Below, in pieces: positions 36,914 through 45,213 of a stretch of 64,000 nucleotides of DNA. Each line of letters opens with the position of its first letter. The first letter of the stretch is position 1. A model generated the notes under the pieces. It was not told the origin of the DNA. It was given only the letters and a program-made list of their open reading frames with translations, and searched no databases. The DNA comes from Bauldia sp. (lineage in GTDB: Bacteria > Pseudomonadota > Alphaproteobacteria > Rhizobiales > Kaistiaceae), in assembly GCA_035651055.1 (NCBI GenBank), contig DASRGK010000107.1, positions 2,524 to 66,523 on the forward strand. The letters are read 5' to 3'. Made by a program: the position numbers and the translations under genes.

Positions 36914-36941
36914 GATGCCGGCTGCCAAGTCTGCCGGCATC
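36914..36941. terminator. Hairpin between convergent genes
   Basis: GATGCCGGC-N10-GCCGGCATC, a 9-bp perfect stem that overlaps the stop codon of the Sel1-repeat gene. Confidence 0.4.
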
Positions 36942-37440
36942 AATGCGCGGCGAGCCACTCCTCGCTCTTCTGCTTCGCGTCGGCCAGTTCGGCAGGCGTC
37001 AGCTTCTTCGCCACGAGGTCGCGAAAGGCGGCGGCATTGCTTTTCGCCTCGGTGTCACCGGCCTGGTCATAGCCGGTCACCGCGACCACGCACCAAGTGT
37101 AGGCTCTGGCCGAATCGACCGGAGTGCCAACCCCGCCAACGGCGTAGTTCTGACAGAGCGAGTAGCGGGCGTCGACGATGCCGTGTGCGGCCGCCTTCTC
37201 GAACCAGACGTTACCCTTCTGAACGTCTTCCGGGCGGCCTTGGGCATTTGCATACATCAACCCGACCATGTACTCGGCCTTTGCGTTGCCTTGTTCGGCG
37301 AGGGGCGCGAGGAGCCTCATGGCGGTCTCGAAGTCTGCCCTCCTCCACGCGTCCATTCCGTTTTCCAGCGCGTCATCGGCCTGCGACGCCGTCGTGACGG
37401 CGACAAGCACGGCAAGCGCGAACCAAGAACGCCCGATCAT
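36940..37440 (-). CDS. Small secreted Sel1-like (TPR-family) repeat protein
   Basis: The ATG at 37440 follows GGGAGGA. The signal peptide is MIGRSWFALAVLVAVTTASQA. The repeats AEQGNAKAEYMVGLMY...FEKAAAHGIVDARYSLCQNY fit the Sel1 pattern. 166 aa. Confidence 0.7.
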   Translation of the reverse strand: MIGRSWFALAVLVAVTTASQADDALENGMDAWRRADFETAMRLLAPLAEQGNAKAEYMVGLMYANAQGRPEDVQKGNVWFEKAAAHGIVDARYSLCQNYAVGGVGTPVDSARAYTWCVVAVTGYDQAGDTEAKSNAAAFRDLVAKKLTPAELADAKQKSEEWLAAH

Positions 37441-37480
37441 TGAATTCCTCCCGGAGCTGGTGAGCACGACCGACGGGAGG

Positions 37481-37495
37481 GCAACGACCATGCCA
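37481..37495 (-). promoter_or_regulatory. Sigma54 (-24/-12) promoter
   Basis: The minus strand reads CTGGCATGGTCGTTGCC, against the consensus YTGGCACGrNNNTTGCW. GG and GC are correctly spaced. The -12 GC lies 40 nt upstream of the ATG at 37440. Confidence 0.6.
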
Positions 37496-38082
37496 GAGGA
37501 GCGAAACCTCAGTTCTCCGGCAATCGTCAGGGGTTCTGGCCGCCCTGGACCTCGCCAGTGTTTCCGTTCGGCAACGTCGGAGGATCGCACGGTTCACAAA
37601 GCCTGACATCCCGGAAGGCCTGACGGGATCGGTCAGCCCGCTGCTCTCCCCTGATCGCAGCGTCGAGCGCGGCGGGTCTCAGGCCAGTCCGACCTGATGC
37701 AGGACGAACCAGCCCGCCGCCGCCGTCGCCTCGATCAGCCGTCCGTGATTCTGGGAGAGGTCCCAGATGCAAATCACGACGATACCGAAGACGGTGAGCA
37801 TCAGCCGCATTGCCTGATGAAAAGCCCCCACCGATTGCCGTTTCGCTGAAAGGCACGAACGGATTGGAACGTCGGCGGTCGGCCTTCCTTCACCAATCGC
37901 CGCCGGCCTGGGTTGGCGCCGGCCGGCCGGGCGCAGGAGAAACCGGCGGAAGTTCCCCCGTTTCCGCGGATGTCGCCGGGCGCATAGTCCCTGGCATTTC
38001 ATGCAAAGTTCGGTGGCCCGCGCAATGGCAGGCTCACCATAGGTATCGAGCGGAGGCCCGAGAGGCGACGCCGGCAAGCGGC

Positions 38083-38184
38083 GCGACTTTCGAGAACATC
38101 AACCCGGCGACGGGAGAGGCGATCGGGGTCGTTGCGGCCGGCGATGCGGCCGATGTCGACCGGGCGGTGGCGCCCACGGCATGA
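38083..38184 (+). pseudogene. Aldehyde dehydrogenase N-terminal fragment (remnant)
   Basis: ATFENINPATGEAIGVVAAGDAADVDRAVA is a classic ALDH N-terminal block, but the frame stops 4 codons later. No ALDH body follows in any frame that I can read. Confidence 0.45.
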
Positions 38185-38579
38185 TCGGGTCGGGATCGCC
38201 GGGAATGGTCGCCGAAGGCCTTCGGCGGCGAGGAGGACTACCGCCGGCAGGTCCTAAGGCGGAGCGCTCCGGTGCCGGGCGGATCGGGGGTCCGCCTCCC
38301 CGGGGAGGCGGCATTACGCCGCAAGGCGGAGGCCGAACGGCGCGGAGTGCTGCTTCGCGACGGGCTCGTCGCCGGCCTCATCGCCCTGGCCGCCCGGCTG
38401 CGCAGCTGCCGCCGCCCAGCGCCCGCCCCGTCTGACGCCGCTGCAGGCGGTCCAGCCAGACGATCGAGCCGCCCGGACTCGATCCGGGCGGTCGCGAATA
38501 AACCGAGGCGCCGGAGTGTTGAAATCCCGGTGGGCGGTTGCGCGCCGATACGCGCGCGTTTGTGAAAGAGGAGACTCGC

Positions 38580-39041
38580 ATGATCAGGCAACTCGCGATC
38601 GCGGGTGTGCTTTTGGCCGCCTTGGGAATGACCGGCGTGGCTGCGCATGCAGCTACCGAGCCGGCGAAGATCGCCGTTACGGACAAAGGCAAGGCGTGGG
38701 TCGATACCAAAGGCATGACCCTCTACACCTTCGAGAAGGACACCAAGACCAAGTCGAAGTGCAACGACAAGTGCGCGGTCGAGTGGCCGCCTCTGGCGGC
38801 CTCGGCCTCCGACAAGGCCTCGGGCAAGTGGACCATCATCAAGCGCGACGACGGCACGCTGCAGTGGGCCTATTCGGGTCACCCGCTCTACACCTTCGTC
38901 GACGACAAGAAGCCCGGCGACGTTACCGGCGACGGCGTGGACGGCTTTCACCTGGCCAAGGCCAATCTGGCGGTCGCATACAAGGTCAAGGTGACCACGC
39001 CGAAGCCCAAGGCTCCGGCGAAGCCGAAGTCGATCTACTAG
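38580..39041 (+). CDS. Secreted COG4315-like protein (Yx[FWY]xxD repeat family) with Lys/Pro-rich tail
   Basis: The ATG at 38580 follows AAGAGGAGA. The signal peptide is MIRQLAIAGVLLAALGMTGVAAHA. Repeats: GMTLYTFEKD...C...CAVEWPP and GHPLYTFVDD. Confidence 0.65.
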   Translation: MIRQLAIAGVLLAALGMTGVAAHAATEPAKIAVTDKGKAWVDTKGMTLYTFEKDTKTKSKCNDKCAVEWPPLAASASDKASGKWTIIKRDDGTLQWAYSGHPLYTFVDDKKPGDVTGDGVDGFHLAKANLAVAYKVKVTTPKPKAPAKPKSIY

Positions 39042-39083
39042 CTGGCGGCGGTCCAAGCCCGCCGATCCCTCGCTCCCTCAAAG

Positions 39084-39112
39084 CCCGGCCCGCGCCTCTT
39101 GCGCGGACCGGG
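39084..39112 (+). terminator. GC-rich hairpin after 38580..39041
   Basis: CCCGG(C)CCGCGC-CTCTT-GCGCGG(A)CCGGG has 11 paired positions and one mismatch. There is no T-tract. Confidence 0.35.
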
Positions 39113-39442
39113 ACTTCGCGCAAGCGCCCGACGGTTTCCCGACAGAGGACCCGTATCAAAGTCGGGCGGCCCTGCGGCGTCCCGCACCTTCCGGCGCAGT
39201 CGGTGATAGACGCTAACGAACCAAGTCCCTTAGCCGCCACGGGCGAGGTGCAGCCGTACGCCGCCTGCGCCCTCGGCATAACCGTTGTGGAAGGAAGCCT
39301 CAGGATCTCCGCGCCGGACTCGCGGCCCAAGGCGGGATCTGCCGAGGACGAGACCTGCCGTCGAATTCAGCCGGTTCTTTGGACCCTGCTTAACGGCTCC
39401 GGATTCTGATCGTCTCCTCGGCCCGCCGCAGTCTAGCTGCTG

Positions 39443-39469
39443 CTTTTTTGTCCATAAAAAACATGTTGA
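39443..39469 (+). promoter_or_regulatory. AT-rich 27-nt motif CTTTTTTGTCCATAAAAAACATGTTGA (copy 1)
   Basis: It matches 45214-45240 at 22 of 27 positions. It contains a T6-N6-A6 inverted repeat and lies 122 nt upstream of the ATG at 39591. Confidence 0.45.
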
Positions 39470-39590
39470 AACATGAAGGCCTGGTGATTTTTATAGAGAA
39501 GAGACTGCGCTGAACGTGGTCCGCGCTCGACTTGGACCTCGGTCCCGAAAGAAATCTGTCAGCCGCCTGAAACGTCAATCCTGGGGAGGA

Positions 39591-40619
39591 ATGGCAATGA
39601 GCGACGAAGAACGGTCGGGAGCCGACCGACGCAATTTTCTGAAAACCTCGCTGCTGGGAACCGCTGCCGTTGCCAGTGGGATCGGCGGCCTCTTCGGCCG
39701 GTTCAATCCGTCAACCGGCGCGCTGGAAGTATCCTCGGCGCGAGCCGACACGCGGCTGAAGATGGCGTTCGTGCAGTTTCAGCCGCATACGGTTTCGACC
39801 GCGTGGGGCAAGGGGATCGCCGAGGTGCTGGCCACCCAGCAGATCGTCGACTACGACCAGCTCGACGGCCAGGCCAAACTCGAAGTCCAAGTCAGCCTGA
39901 TGGACACCCTGATCAGCCAGGGCGTCAACGTGATCTTCCTGCAGCCGGTGGACAGCGTCGGAGTTGCGCCGTCGATCGCCAAGGCGAAGCGCGCGGGCAT
40001 CGCGGTCATCACGCTCAACATCGACGCTACCGAGCCGCATGCGGCCCATGTCGAGATGAACCACTATTTCGGCGCCATGGACATCGCCAAAGCGATGGGC
40101 GACGCGATGGGCGGCAAGGGGAAAGTGGCGATCCTCAATGCCCCTCCGGGCATCATCATCCGCGACCAGCGCACGAACGGCTTCACCGACGGCCTCAAGA
40201 AGTATCACCCGGACATCCAGGTGGTCTCCGACCAGGTCGCGGACTGGGATCGCAAGAAGGCCCAGGACGTGCTGACCACGGTCCTTGCCGCCAACCCGGA
40301 CATTACCGGCGTCTACGGCGTCAACGATTCCATGGCCTTGGGCGCCATGGACGTCGCCAAGGACAAGGGCCTCAAGCTGGTGATCTTCGGCAATGACGGC
40401 GAGAAGGCGGCGCTTGAGGCGATCGAAGCCGGCGACATGACCGGCACGCAATACACGGACGTCTTCCAGCAGGGACGCCTCGCGGCCGCGGTCGCCACGG
40501 TGTTGGCGTCCGGCGGCGTGTCGGCCAAGGCCTTCGCGTCGCAGGGTCACCTGTTGATGCCCTATATCATCGCGACCAAAGACACGGTCGGACAGATACA
40601 GCCCTCCCAGCGTTGGTAA
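39591..40619 (+). CDS. Periplasmic sugar-binding protein, CUT2 type, Tat signal
   Basis: The ATG follows GGGGAGGA. The N-terminus is MAMSDEERSGADRRNFLKTSLLGTAAVASG. The body has a type-I binding fold. Confidence 0.85.
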   Translation: MAMSDEERSGADRRNFLKTSLLGTAAVASGIGGLFGRFNPSTGALEVSSARADTRLKMAFVQFQPHTVSTAWGKGIAEVLATQQIVDYDQLDGQAKLEVQVSLMDTLISQGVNVIFLQPVDSVGVAPSIAKAKRAGIAVITLNIDATEPHAAHVEMNHYFGAMDIAKAMGDAMGGKGKVAILNAPPGIIIRDQRTNGFTDGLKKYHPDIQVVSDQVADWDRKKAQDVLTTVLAANPDITGVYGVNDSMALGAMDVAKDKGLKLVIFGNDGEKAALEAIEAGDMTGTQYTDVFQQGRLAAAVATVLASGGVSAKAFASQGHLLMPYIIATKDTVGQIQPSQRW

Positions 40620-40631
40620 AACGCTAACTTG

Positions 40632-40672
40632 CGCAGGCCGAGACGGAATGGTCTCGGCCTGCGTCTTCTTTT
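40632..40672 (+). terminator. Intrinsic terminator/attenuator between binding-protein and permease genes
   Basis: A 13-bp perfect stem CGCAGGCCGAGAC-GGAATG-GTCTCGGCCTGCG is followed by TCTTCTTTT. Confidence 0.65.
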
Positions 40673-40690
40673 CATGAGATATAGCGGAGC

Positions 40691-41704
40691 ATGCACGTCC
40701 GGCGCGCCACGATAGCCCTGATAGTATTCTTCGCGCTGACGATTTCGCTTTTCAGCCTCGTTGCCCCCCGTTTCGCGACAACGAGCAACATGGAGAACCT
40801 CATGGGCGGGTTCTCCTTCATCGCCATCCTGGCGATGGGCGAGGCCTTTCCGATCCTCACGCGCGGCATCGATCTGTCAATCGGCGCCATCGTTGCGCTG
40901 GTCGGAATGGTGGTCTTCGACCTGTCGCTGATCTTTCATGTTCCCGGCTACGTCATTCTCGCGGTCGCGCTCGCCGTCGGGGCACTGGCCGGCGCGCTGA
41001 ACGGCCTGCTCATCGTCGGCCTCCGATTGCAGCCGTTCATCGCAACGCTCGCGACACTCGCTACCTACCGCGGCGTCGTCTACGCCATCTCGGGCCGGCA
41101 ATTGGTGCCGGGCCTCACCACCACGCCGATCGCCGACCCGTGGATCACGGGGCTCGAAACCTATTTCGACATCGGCGGAGCGCTGGGGACGGACGACTTT
41201 CTGCCGTTACCCTGGTTCCCGCTGTCCTTCTTTGTCATGCTGGCGATGCTCGCGGTGCTGTCGGTATTCCTTCTTCGCACCAAGGTCGGCCGGGATATCT
41301 ACGCCGTCGGCGGCAACGCCGAGGCGGCGCGACTCGCCGGGATCAACACCGGGCGCATCATCCTTCTCGCCTACGCGCTTTCCGGCCTGTGCGCTGCCGT
41401 CGCCGCCTTGCTGCTCGTTGCCCGCCTGACAACCGCGACGGAAGCCCTCGGCTTCGGCATGGAACTGTCGGCAATTGCCGCGGCCGTCATCGGCGGCGTC
41501 AGCCTCTCCGGGGGCGTCGGTTCGGTCTTCGGTCCGGCACTCGGCGCCTTCCTGCTCGGCGCCGTGCTCCTCGGCCTGACGCTCCTCGGCATCTCGCAAT
41601 ACGTGCAGCAGATCATCACCGGACTGATCCTGCTCGCCGCAGTGGGATACGACCGGTTCCTCCTCATCCGCCGCCAGCGCCGGCTGGCAGCCAATGTCGC
41701 GTGA
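40691..41704 (+). CDS. ABC sugar permease (ribose-type, first of two)
   Basis: 337 aa with the blocks TRGIDLSIGAIVAL and GGVSLSGGVGSV. Confidence 0.85.
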   Translation: MHVRRATIALIVFFALTISLFSLVAPRFATTSNMENLMGGFSFIAILAMGEAFPILTRGIDLSIGAIVALVGMVVFDLSLIFHVPGYVILAVALAVGALAGALNGLLIVGLRLQPFIATLATLATYRGVVYAISGRQLVPGLTTTPIADPWITGLETYFDIGGALGTDDFLPLPWFPLSFFVMLAMLAVLSVFLLRTKVGRDIYAVGGNAEAARLAGINTGRIILLAYALSGLCAAVAALLLVARLTTATEALGFGMELSAIAAAVIGGVSLSGGVGSVFGPALGAFLLGAVLLGLTLLGISQYVQQIITGLILLAAVGYDRFLLIRRQRRLAANVA

Positions 41705-41713
41705 GGCCGAGAG

Positions 41714-43222
41714 ATGACGCCTCGCCTTAGCGGCACGGGACTTTCCAAGATATACGGAAACCTGCTGGCTCTGAGGGACGCCGACATCCGCGTCATGCCA
41801 GGCGAGGTGCGCGCGCTGATCGGCTCGAACGGCGCCGGCAAATCGACGCTGGTCAAGGTGCTGACCGGCGCGATCACCCCGACGAGCGGCACGGTCGAGA
41901 TCGATGGCGAGCGGGCCCCGCTCGGCGACACGAGGGAAATGATCCGCCGCGGAGTCGCCTGCATCTACCAGCACGCCAATCTGGCGCCCTCGATGTCGGT
42001 GCTGGACAACATCTTCCTCGGCCGCCAGCCGACGCGGCGATTGGGCTTCGTCGACACGAAGCGCCAGCGCCGCGAGGCGGAGGAGCTGCTGCAGCGCCAC
42101 GCCATCGAGCTCGACCTCGACGCCGCCGTCGGCGACTTGCCGACGGTGAAGCAGAAGGAGGTCGAGATCATGAAGGCGCTGGCACTGGACGCCCGCGTCA
42201 TCCTCATGGACGAGCCGACCGGCTGGCTCGCAAGTTCGGAAGTCGCCAAGCTCCACAACACGATTCAGGCGCTCAAGGCGCGCGGTCTCGGGATCATCTA
42301 CATCAGCCACGTTCTCGACGAGATCTTCGCTGTCTGCGACACGCTGACGATCATGCGCGACGGCGCCGTGATTGCTGAAAGCGCGGTCGCCGAAACAGAC
42401 CGCCCGCGGGTCGTCCAGTTGATGGTCGGCGAGAGACTGGCCCGCGAGTCGGCACAGGCGGCCTTGCAGAAGCGCCACCCGCGCGGCACCGGCGAGACCC
42501 GCCTCAGCGCGCGCAACCTCAGCAAGAAGGGAGTCTTCGAGGACATCACGCTCGATCTCTATGCCGGCGAGATCCTGTGCATTACCGGGCTCATCGGTTC
42601 GAAGCGGACGGAACTTGTCCGCACTCTTTTCGGCTCCGACCGCTTCGATGCCGGAACGCTCGAGGTCGACGGGCATGCCGTCTCGTTCGCGGCCCCCCGC
42701 GGCGCCATCGCCAAGGGCATCGGCTTCGTTCCCGAGGACCGGCACCGCGACGGGCTGATGCTCGACATGACGGTCACCGAAAACCTCGCCATGGCAACGC
42801 TCGACAGCTACCGCCGGGGCGTGTTGCTGAACCGGAGCAAGATTGCCGGGGCCGGAGAGAAAGCGATCAAGAGCCTGTCCATCCAGCCCCCCGAGGGCGC
42901 CCGGCCGGTCAAGCTCCTGTCGGGCGGCAATCAGCAGAAAGTGCTTGTCGGCAAGTGGCTCAGTCGTGCGCCCCGCATCCTCATCCTCGACGAGCCGACC
43001 GTCGGCGTTGACGTCGGGGCCAAGGCCGAGATCTACCGCATCCTGCGGCACGAGCGCGAGATCGGGGCGGCGGTGCTGATCGTCTCCTCCGACATCGAGG
43101 AGGTGATGACGATCGCCGACCGCATCGCCGTGATGGTATCGGGGCGTATCGTCGCCGTGCACGACGCCGACGCGGTCTCAAGGGACGAGATCATCCGCGA
43201 GATCGGCGGGGCGCTCCAATGA
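41714..43222 (+). CDS. ABC sugar transporter ATP-binding protein, duplicated NBD
   Basis: 502 aa: GSNGAGKST, ILMDEPTG, and a second NBD with LSGGNQQK and ILDEPTVGVD. Confidence 0.9.
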   Translation: MTPRLSGTGLSKIYGNLLALRDADIRVMPGEVRALIGSNGAGKSTLVKVLTGAITPTSGTVEIDGERAPLGDTREMIRRGVACIYQHANLAPSMSVLDNIFLGRQPTRRLGFVDTKRQRREAEELLQRHAIELDLDAAVGDLPTVKQKEVEIMKALALDARVILMDEPTGWLASSEVAKLHNTIQALKARGLGIIYISHVLDEIFAVCDTLTIMRDGAVIAESAVAETDRPRVVQLMVGERLARESAQAALQKRHPRGTGETRLSARNLSKKGVFEDITLDLYAGEILCITGLIGSKRTELVRTLFGSDRFDAGTLEVDGHAVSFAAPRGAIAKGIGFVPEDRHRDGLMLDMTVTENLAMATLDSYRRGVLLNRSKIAGAGEKAIKSLSIQPPEGARPVKLLSGGNQQKVLVGKWLSRAPRILILDEPTVGVDVGAKAEIYRILRHEREIGAAVLIVSSDIEEVMTIADRIAVMVSGRIVAVHDADAVSRDEIIREIGGALQ

Positions 43223-44178
43223 GCGAGACCCGCGCGCCCGAAGCTGCGCCCGATCTCGTGCGGCATCTGGCGGCGAACGCCCTCCCCCTCGTCATCATCA
43301 TTCTGGTGGTCGGCTTCGCGCTGGCGCAACCCGCCTTCCTGAAACCGGACAACCTTATCGGCATGGTCCGTCAGGTCGCGCTGATCGGCATCATGGCGAC
43401 ATGCACGACCTTTGTGATCATGACCGGCGGCGTCGACCTTTCGGTCGGCCCGGTGCTCGCCCTCTCGGGACTTGCCGCGTTCTTCTTCCTCGATGCGGGC
43501 TACCCGCTCGTCATCGTCGTCGCTGCCGGCCTCGCCGTCGGCGTGCTTGTCGGGACGCTGAACGGACTGATCATCGCGCTGCTCCAACTGCCGCCGATCA
43601 TCGTCACGCTTGCGACGCTGAGCATTGTCCGCGGCCTGGCACTGATTGTCGGGGGAACCGACCAGCACCTAATCTACGACAAGCCGGCCTACACGTTCAT
43701 CGGCGCCGGCACTCTCCTCGGCCTGCCGACTTCGATCTACATTTTCGCGTTCGTCTCGCTGCTCATGATCTTCGTGCAGCGACTGACACCCCTGGGGCTT
43801 CTGGTCGCCGCCATCGGCAACAACGAGCGCGCGGCGGTGCTCAGCGGCCATCGCACTCGCCTGACGAAGACGATCGTCTATGCCCTGTCCGGCCTTGGCG
43901 CCGCGATCGCCGGTATAATCCAGTCCTCGCAGGTGCACACGGCGCTGTCGACCTATGGGCCCTTCGGCACCGAACTCGACGTCATCGCGGCGGTCGTCCT
44001 CGGCGGCACGAGCATCATGGGGGGCACCGGCTCGGTGGCCAAGACCCTCCTCGGCGTGTTCTTTCTCGGCATCGTCAACAACGGGATGAACATTCTGGAC
44101 GTGTCGATCGACATCCAGTTGATCGCCAAGGGCGCGATAATTGCCGCGGCTTTGGCGGTCGCGGCCCACCGCTCCTAA
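43219..44178 (+). CDS. ABC sugar permease (ribose-type, second)
   Basis: 319 aa. The start overlaps the ATPase stop. Blocks: GGVDLSVGPVLAL and GGTSIMGGTGSV. Confidence 0.85.
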   Translation: MSETRAPEAAPDLVRHLAANALPLVIIILVVGFALAQPAFLKPDNLIGMVRQVALIGIMATCTTFVIMTGGVDLSVGPVLALSGLAAFFFLDAGYPLVIVVAAGLAVGVLVGTLNGLIIALLQLPPIIVTLATLSIVRGLALIVGGTDQHLIYDKPAYTFIGAGTLLGLPTSIYIFAFVSLLMIFVQRLTPLGLLVAAIGNNERAAVLSGHRTRLTKTIVYALSGLGAAIAGIIQSSQVHTALSTYGPFGTELDVIAAVVLGGTSIMGGTGSVAKTLLGVFFLGIVNNGMNILDVSIDIQLIAKGAIIAAALAVAAHRS

Positions 44179-44277
44179 CGCGCCCGCGGGGTCTTGCTCA
44201 CGCGAAGTCAGGGGCAGCGCAATATGGCCGCGGCGGAGGCCGCGGGCGCGAGGCCGAACTCGGCACCGTTACCGGGC

Positions 44278-45192
44278 CTACCGCCTGTGACTCGCCGCGT
44301 CGCCGGACGTGGACCGAATGAGGGTAACCCGGGCCGATGTAAGGTGGACCTTGCAGGCGCGCCTAACTGCGGCGATGTCCCGGGAAAACAGCGCGTCCAT
44401 GTAGTCGATATGCTCCCGGAGCGCGACCTCATTGCGCTGGCGCTCGTCCTGTTTGTTCCACTGGTAGTGATAGTGAAAGATGAAGGAGATGATGTCGTAG
44501 AAGCTGTCGATGAAGCGGTTGGGCGCGGCGGCGTTGATGAGCCGATGGAACCGGCTGTCGAGATCGGAAAAGTCGTGAAAGCGGCGATCGACTTCCCGAA
44601 GAAGCGCCAGGTGCTCTCCGCGAATAGCCCGCATCCGCTCCCATAGCGGTGAGTCCGAGGGCAAAGTAGCGAACGCCCTGGCCGAGCGGAACTCGAACAT
44701 TTCGCGGATTTCGAAGAGTTCCAGCGCGAAATCGGGGGTGAACCCCATAAACACCCACCCCGCATTTGGGCGCTTTTCGATCAGTCCGAAGCGCTGAAAC
44801 CGATTGAGAAACTCCCGGATGCTGGTGGTCGCGAATCCGAACCGGCGCGCCAGGTCGAGTTCGTTGATCGCTGTGCCCGGACGAGCATTGTCCCGGAGCA
44901 TCCATTCCATGAAACGCTGCTCAACCTGGGCCGAACGCGGAACGGTCTCGGCGTCCGAGAACTTGGTGAGCATCCTCGCCTGCCTGCCCGAGCGCACGAA
45001 CCGACGTCCATCAATTCGGGAAACGGCTCCTGCTGCCTCGAACCGGTCGAGCACTTTGCGCACCGTCGTCCGACTGACGTTCAGCCGCTCGCGCAAAACA
45101 TTCTCCGAGGGCAATTCGCCGCCATCCGCCAGACGGCTGAGAAGATCGAGCCCGTCGTTGAAGGCCCGCTTGAAGACCGTGTCCGTTTTCAT
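44278..45192 (-). CDS. GntR-family regulator with two tandem winged-helix domains and an FCD-type C-terminal domain
   Basis: The ATG at 45192 gives 304 aa. First wHTH: LPSENVLRERLNVSRTTVRKVLDRFEAAGAVSRIDGRRFV. Second wHTH: INELDLARRFGFATTSIREFLNRFQRFGLIEKRPNAGWVF. FCD-like helices follow (ELFEIREMFE...DSRFHRLINAAAPNRFI). Confidence 0.8.
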   Translation of the reverse strand: MKTDTVFKRAFNDGLDLLSRLADGGELPSENVLRERLNVSRTTVRKVLDRFEAAGAVSRIDGRRFVRSGRQARMLTKFSDAETVPRSAQVEQRFMEWMLRDNARPGTAINELDLARRFGFATTSIREFLNRFQRFGLIEKRPNAGWVFMGFTPDFALELFEIREMFEFRSARAFATLPSDSPLWERMRAIRGEHLALLREVDRRFHDFSDLDSRFHRLINAAAPNRFIDSFYDIISFIFHYHYQWNKQDERQRNEVALREHIDYMDALFSRDIAAVRRACKVHLTSARVTLIRSTSGDAASHRR

Positions 45193-45213
45193 CGCTTCCC
45201 TCTCCGGTACTGT

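Noticed and set aside
37679-37810. Possible 43-aa membrane peptide (MRLMLTVFGIVVICIWDL...) on the minus strand
   Set aside because: It has a hydrophobic segment but no Shine-Dalgarno sequence and no recognisable family, and it lies in a region that otherwise looks decayed. The evidence is too weak to call.
38986-39330. 114-aa minus-strand ORF and 297-aa plus-strand ORF (38516..39409) in and around the long gap
   Set aside because: The plus ORF overlaps the well-supported COG4315-like gene out of frame. The minus ORF lacks a ribosome-binding site and has no recognisable motif.
41207-43162. 651-aa antisense ORF across the 41714 ATPase gene
   Set aside because: It lies opposite a textbook double-NBD ABC ATPase, and its translation is low-complexity. 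The same reasoning applies to the long antisense ORFs at 18018..19403, 21501..23189, 22846..24204, 25993..27489, 29108..30634 and 56726..57661.
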